From NCBI RefSeq assembly GCF_009914755.1, contig NC_060926.1: a DNA stretch of 64,000 nt. One strand, 5' to 3'. Positions 58,729 to 64,000 of this stretch are shown here, piece by piece (the first letter of the stretch is position 1; each line of letters starts with the position of its first letter). Below the pieces are notes generated by a model that was given only the letters and a program-made list of their open reading frames with translations, was not told the DNA's origin and made no database searches. Made by a program: the position numbers and the translations under genes. This stretch comes from the human T2T-CHM13v2.0 reference genome, Homo sapiens.

Positions 58729-60049
58729 AGTTTTTTTTTTTTAATTGCTTGTGCTGCTTGGATTTTAACAGTTAAGTTAGAAAAGCATTATAATTGTCAC
58801 ACAGCAGCAGGTTCAGAGATGGTGCCCTGGGTTTACTTTCAACCCCCAAATCCTCTTTGGTGAAACGATTCTGGGCACAATTCTCTCACCATTCTCCTGA
58901 TTTATTTACAAATGAGGACACTGGATGATATTGTTAACCTTTGGTGATGCTAACTAAAGTTCTTTACTTGGCCTTGATTTACTTGCTAACTAAAGTACTT
59001 TACTTGGCCCGGTTGATGATAGTGAGCTGAAATAGTCTACCTTTTCCAGGTAAACAAGCCCACATGAATTCCTGTTCTCAGCTTTATGTGAATCGTGAAA
59101 AATGTGAGGATGACATAAATACCTGAAAGTCATTTTCGCTTAGTGTAAATCTGAAAGGGAAGTCAGGGCACTATAATGAAATATGCTTTTTTTTTTTCTA
59201 AAAGGTCAAACAAAAAGATCTCATCCTTAAAAAGAAGGAACTTATATTAATATATTATAGTGTAAGACACATGCACAGTAAATATTAGAGCACTGCCTGC
59301 TAACATTTAAAAATGTATGAGTTGTCAAGATCATGGTGAGTAAAGTAAGAACAAAAATCCCTCTCTTCTGTTGATTTTCCTGTGTCTTTTTTCAATTTAT
59401 TCAGTACTGTTAATAATTGAGTAAAGGAGCTCTTACTGCTGAGCTGTATGAGGACAGGGAGAGGAAGGAGAGATGAGATGAAATTATGTGTGGTCATGAG
59501 ATTGCTCGTAGATGCATTTATATGTAGTACCCTTGAAAACAACCCATAGCAAATGTCCAGGACCCAAAGGGACAGAGGCTCAGTCTGATGAGACACAAAT
59601 GGAGCACCTTTGAGGAGTCCTTCTTCTAACTTGGTGTACTTTAATCTTTTATTTTCTTGGGGGTGTGTGTAACAGGATGCTCTAATTCCATTATTGGAGA
59701 CAGAATTTTATGCTTGTTTATGCCCCTGGATACATTAAACAGGAGAGAAATATATGGACATCTAGGAGTGAGAGAGTGTAAAGCTGGCCCTTGTGGGCAG
59801 AAACAGATGACAAATTCATGGACAGTATGTTTGTTTTTAAAATGAATGATTTTTAAAGTTCTGCAATGCTTAAATTAAGATATAGACTATAGTATACAAA
59901 CACATGTGGAAGAACATATGAATGCCAAGGGGGACTTCTAAAACTAGGGGTCTTCGTAGGAATAGATGACACGTGGGTAGCATGGAGCCACAGAGCTCGA
60001 AGAGACATGTATTCTCATCTTTGCTTTCTTTACAAATTAATTAATTAAT

Positions 60050-60395
60050 TAATTTTATCTAATAGACTTTATTATTTAGAGCAGTTTTAGGTTTACAGAA
60101 AAATTGAGCAGAAAGTACAGAGTTTCCATGCACCTCATCCTCTCTTCAATGTTCTCTATTACTAACATTATGCATTAGTGTGGCATATTTGCTACAATTA
60201 ATAAACATGGATACAATACCGTTAACTAAAGTCCACAGTTAACATTAAGTGTTGCATATTCTATGGGTTTCAGCAAATTCATAATGTCACATAGCCACCA
60301 TTATAATAATGGCTTCATGGATCTAAATATCCCCCATGCTCCACCCATTTATTCCTCTTCACCTTCCCCTAACCTCTAGCAACTACTAATTTTAA
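60050..60395 (-). mobile_element. L1MC-type 3' UTR
   Basis: tttagagcagttttaggtttacagaaaaattgagcagaaagtacagag...taactaaagtccacagtt. Confidence 0.8.
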
Positions 60396-60409
60396 AAATG
60401 TTTTTTTTT

Positions 60410-60559
60410 GCCAGGCATGGTGGCGCGTGCCTATAGTCACGGCTACTCGGGAGGCTGAGGTGGGGAAATCGCTTGAGTTTGAGGCTGCAGTGAGCCATGA
60501 TCGTGCCACTGCACTACAGCCTGGGCAACAGAGTGAGACCTTTTCTCAGAAAAAAAAAA
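60410..60559 (+). mobile_element. Alu right monomer (FRAM/AluJ-like)
   Basis: gccaggcatggtggcgcgtgcc...gaggctgcagtgagccatgatc...poly-A. Confidence 0.88.
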
Positions 60560-60867
60560 GGGTTATTTTTATATGATAAAAAACACATAACATAAAATTT
60601 GCTGTCTTAACTGTTTTTAAGTGTGCAGTTCCATAGTGAAGTATGTTCACACTGTTGTGAAATAGCTCTCCGGGACTTTTTCCTCTTGCAGAACTGAAAC
60701 TCTATATCCATTAAACAACTCCCTATTTTCTTTCCCCCCAACTCCTGAAAAATCACCATTCTACTTTCTGTCTCCATGGATTTGGTTACTTTAGGTACCT
60801 CATATGAATGGGATCATACAGTATTTGTCTTTTTGTGACACAAATATTTCACTTAGTATAATGTCTT

Positions 60868-61382
60868 TGCGTGTGGGGGGAAACTCTACCTTTTAGGGTC
60901 CTAGTGAGTCTAAGAATTAAATTGACAGGAGACAGATTAACAGAAGAAAAGCATGCAAATATATCTAATACAAGTTTTAAGTGGTACAGGAGCATTCATA
61001 AAGAAATGAAGACTCAAAGAAGCAGTTAGAGTCAGTTACTTATAACCTAAGTAAGACAAAGAATAGTAAGCTGCAAAGATGTGATAAAGCAAAGGGGATT
61101 GTGGTAGGAAATTTAACTGGGTGGAGAAACTGCTAGGAAGATAAAGTTTAGTTTAACAAGGCTTGTTTGTACAAAATTCTTTCTGCCTCAATTTTCTCAT
61201 CCTTGATGATAAGAATGTTGCTTTTTCTTTAGCGTAGGGAGGACAAATTTCAGTGGGAATTTCTTCTTCTGCTTTTAAGAAACAGCAAAAAAGTCAGAGT
61301 GATTGTTTTGCACCTGCCATTTTGAAAGTGCCTTTAATGTAAGTAGTAAATATGCCAGAGTGGTATGTTTGTCACTCCTTCA
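60868..61382 (-). mobile_element. MER34-family ERV1 solo LTR inside L1MB
   Basis: TG...CA ends; gagacagattaacagaagaaaagcat; atatgccagagtggtatgttt...ccttca; flanks tctt/tcct; L1 resumes in register. Confidence 0.75.
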
Positions 61383-62226
61383 TCCTCAAGGTTCATCCAT
61401 GTTGTAGCATGTGACAAGATTTTCTTCTTTTTACAGGCTGAATAGTGTTACCTTGTACATATATGCCACGTTTTAAAATCCATTCATCCAACAATGGACA
61501 CTAGGTTGCTTCCACCTGTTGGCTATTGTGAATAATGCTGCTATTAACATTGGCGTGCAACTATCTCTTCGAGACCCTGCTTTCATTTCTTTTTGAATAT
61601 TTATGCAGAAGTGAGATTGCTGGATTCTATTTTTCACTTTTTGAAAAACCCTCATACTCTTTCCTACAGTGGTTGCACCATTTTATAATCCCAACAGCAG
61701 CACACAGCTTCCATCTTCTCCACGTCCCCACCAACACTTGTCATTTTCTTTCTTTCTTTCTTTTTTTGGTATTAGCCATCCTAATGAGTGTGAGATGATA
61801 GCTGGTGCTTTCTATTGCAATTCTGTGATGATTAGTGATGTTGAATATCTTCTCATGTGCTTGTTGGCCATTTTTGTATCATCTTTGGAAAACTGTTGAT
61901 TCAAGTCTTGCCTGTTGTTTAACAAGTTTATTTGATTTTTTTGTTGTTGTTGAGTTGCAGCAGTTCTTTTCATATTCTGGGTATTAACCCCTTATCAAAT
62001 ATATGATTTATAAGTACTTTTTCCCATTCTAGGTTTCCTTTTCACTCTGTTGATTGTGTCTTTTGATTCATGAAATTTTTTGTTCAATGTAGTCTCATTT
62101 GTCTATTGTTACAATTGTGGCTTGTGTTTTTGGTGTCATATCTAAGAAATTATTTCCAAATCCAATGTCATGAAGCTTTTGCCTTATGCTTTTTTCTAGG
62201 TGACTTATAGTTTTGGGCCTTATAGT

Positions 62227-62597
62227 TGCTATGATTCGAGTATTTGTCCCCCAGAATTCATGTGTTGGAAGCTTGATTCCCAATGCAGCGTTCTTGGGAG
62301 GTAGGACCTACTGAGACGTGTTTGGCTTATGGGGTTGGGTCACTTATGAGTGGATTACTATTGTTACCCTGAAAGTCAGTTGTTATAAAGCAAGTCTGTC
62401 CCACATGCTTCTGGTCTTTCACATGCTCTCACTCACCCTTCTGCTTTTCTGCCATGTTATGGTGCAGCATGAAAGCCCTCACCAAAAGCCAGAACAAGGC
62501 CCTTAGGCCTTCAAGCTTCCTGAATCATGAGCCAAACTTCTTTTCTTTATAAATAACCTAATCTGTGCTATTCTTTCATAGCAACCTACACTAAGCA
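62227..62597 (+). mobile_element. MSTC/D-like MaLR solo LTR inside L1MB
   Basis: tgctatg...cagaattcatgtgttggaagcttgattcccaatg...ttttctttataaat...atagcaac. Confidence 0.8.
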
Positions 62598-64000
62598 CAT
62601 ATTTAGGCCTTTAATTCATTGTGAGTTGGATTTTGTATGTGGAGTAAGATAAGTTCCACTTTTATTCTTTAGCATGTAGATTTCCAGTTTGTACAGCATC
62701 TTTTGTTGAAAAGACTGTCCTTTCCCCATTTAGTGGTCTTGGCACTCTTGTTGAAGATTAGTTGACCATGTACGCATAGATTTATTTCTATGCTCTTTAT
62801 TCCATTAATTTTTATGTCTGTCTTTTTGTCAATGCCACATGGTTTTGGTCATGGTAGACTTGTACTATGTTTTCAAATAAAAAATTGTGAGTTTTCCAAC
62901 GTTGTTCTGCTTTTTCAAAATTGTTTTGGCTATTTAGGGTCACTTTAGGTTCTACATGAGTTTTAATATGATTTTTTTCTATTTCTGCAGCAAAAATACT
63001 AATGGGATTTTAATAGGAATCACATTGAATCTGTAGACTGCCTTGGGTCATGTTGACATTTAACAATATTAAGTCTTTCAATTCATGTGTATGGGATGGG
63101 TTTTCCATTCATTCTTTTCTTTCATTATTTTCAGCAATGTTTTGTAATTTTTAGTGTACAAGCTTTTCATCTCCTCGGTTAAGTTTATTCCCAAGTATTT
63201 TAATCTTTTTGTTACTACTGTAAATGGGATTTTTTCTTAATTTTCTTCTCAGATTGTTCATTGTTAGTGTGTAGAAGCACAACTGATTCTTGCATGTTAA
63301 CTTTGTTTTCTGCTACTGTGCTGAATTTGTTTCTTGGTTCTAACAGTTTTTTGTGTGGATTCTTTAGTGTTTTCAACATATAAGATTATGTCATCCTCTT
63401 GATTTTACTTTTTTTTTATTTGGATGGCTTTTATTTCTTATTCTTGACTAATTGGCCTGAATAGGACTTTCAGGACTCTATTGAGTAAAAGTAATGAGAG
63501 CAGGCATCCTTGTCTTATTCCTGATTTTAGAGGAAAGGCTTTTAATCTTGCACCATTGAGTGTAATGTTAGCTGTGGGCTTTTCATACATGGACTTTATT
63601 ATGTTGAGGTAGTTTCCTTCTGTTTTTAGTTTCTTGAGTATTTTTATCATGAAAGGATATTGAATTTTGTTAAGCGCCTTTGTTGTATCAATTGAGATAA
63701 TCATGTGGTTTTGTCTTTCATTCTGTTAATGTAGTGTAATACATGGATGGATTTTCACATGTTAAAACATCCTTGCATTGTGGGAAGAAACTCTACTTGC
63801 TCAAGGTGTATAATCCTTTTAATATGCTATTCGATGTGATATGCTAGTATTTCATTGAGGATTTTTGTTTCAGTATGTACTAGGAATATTAGTTTATTGT
63901 TTTCTTGTCAGATAGTACTAGTCCTGTGACTTTGAAGTTCTTTCAAATTAATGCTTTGACTACTATAGATTTTTTGTCTTTCCATGTAAACTTTAGAATC

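Larger units (their letters stand above)
60562..64000 (-). mobile_element. L1MB-type element (3' UTR and ORF2), runs off the window, carries two nested LTRs
   Basis: acataacataaaattt...ccattctactttctgtctc; ORF2 remnant 63438..63704 [13 protein letters not shown]. Confidence 0.85.

Overview
Human genomic DNA (it carries a human-specific AluYb8). I found no protein-coding exon; the ORF track is explained by repeats, GC-richness or chance. The central feature is a ~1.9 kb CpG island (about 25.3-27.2 kb) with the hallmarks of a minus-strand promoter: a TATA-like/Inr pair, several alternative non-coding first-exon splice donors, GC boxes, ETS and TEAD motifs, and a CArG (SRF) cluster just inside the inferred intron 1. 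The left 25 kb looks intronic, with MIR/L2, DNA transposons, Alus and an AT-rich minisatellite. The right 35 kb is repeat-dense upstream sequence with nested L1, ERV-L, MaLR and Tigger/Charlie elements. The most notable observations are a spliced, integrated L1 (SpIRE 97/622 type) that is 3'-deleted and fused to an ERV-L provirus; a 113-bp perfect templated insertion with a fold-back hairpin junction inside an MLT1 LTR; a twin-primed inverted L1; a young AluYb8 next to the promoter; and an unexplained 110-nt hairpin. I found no convincing new protein-coding system. Repeat family names come from recalled consensus sequences and were not checked with a tool.
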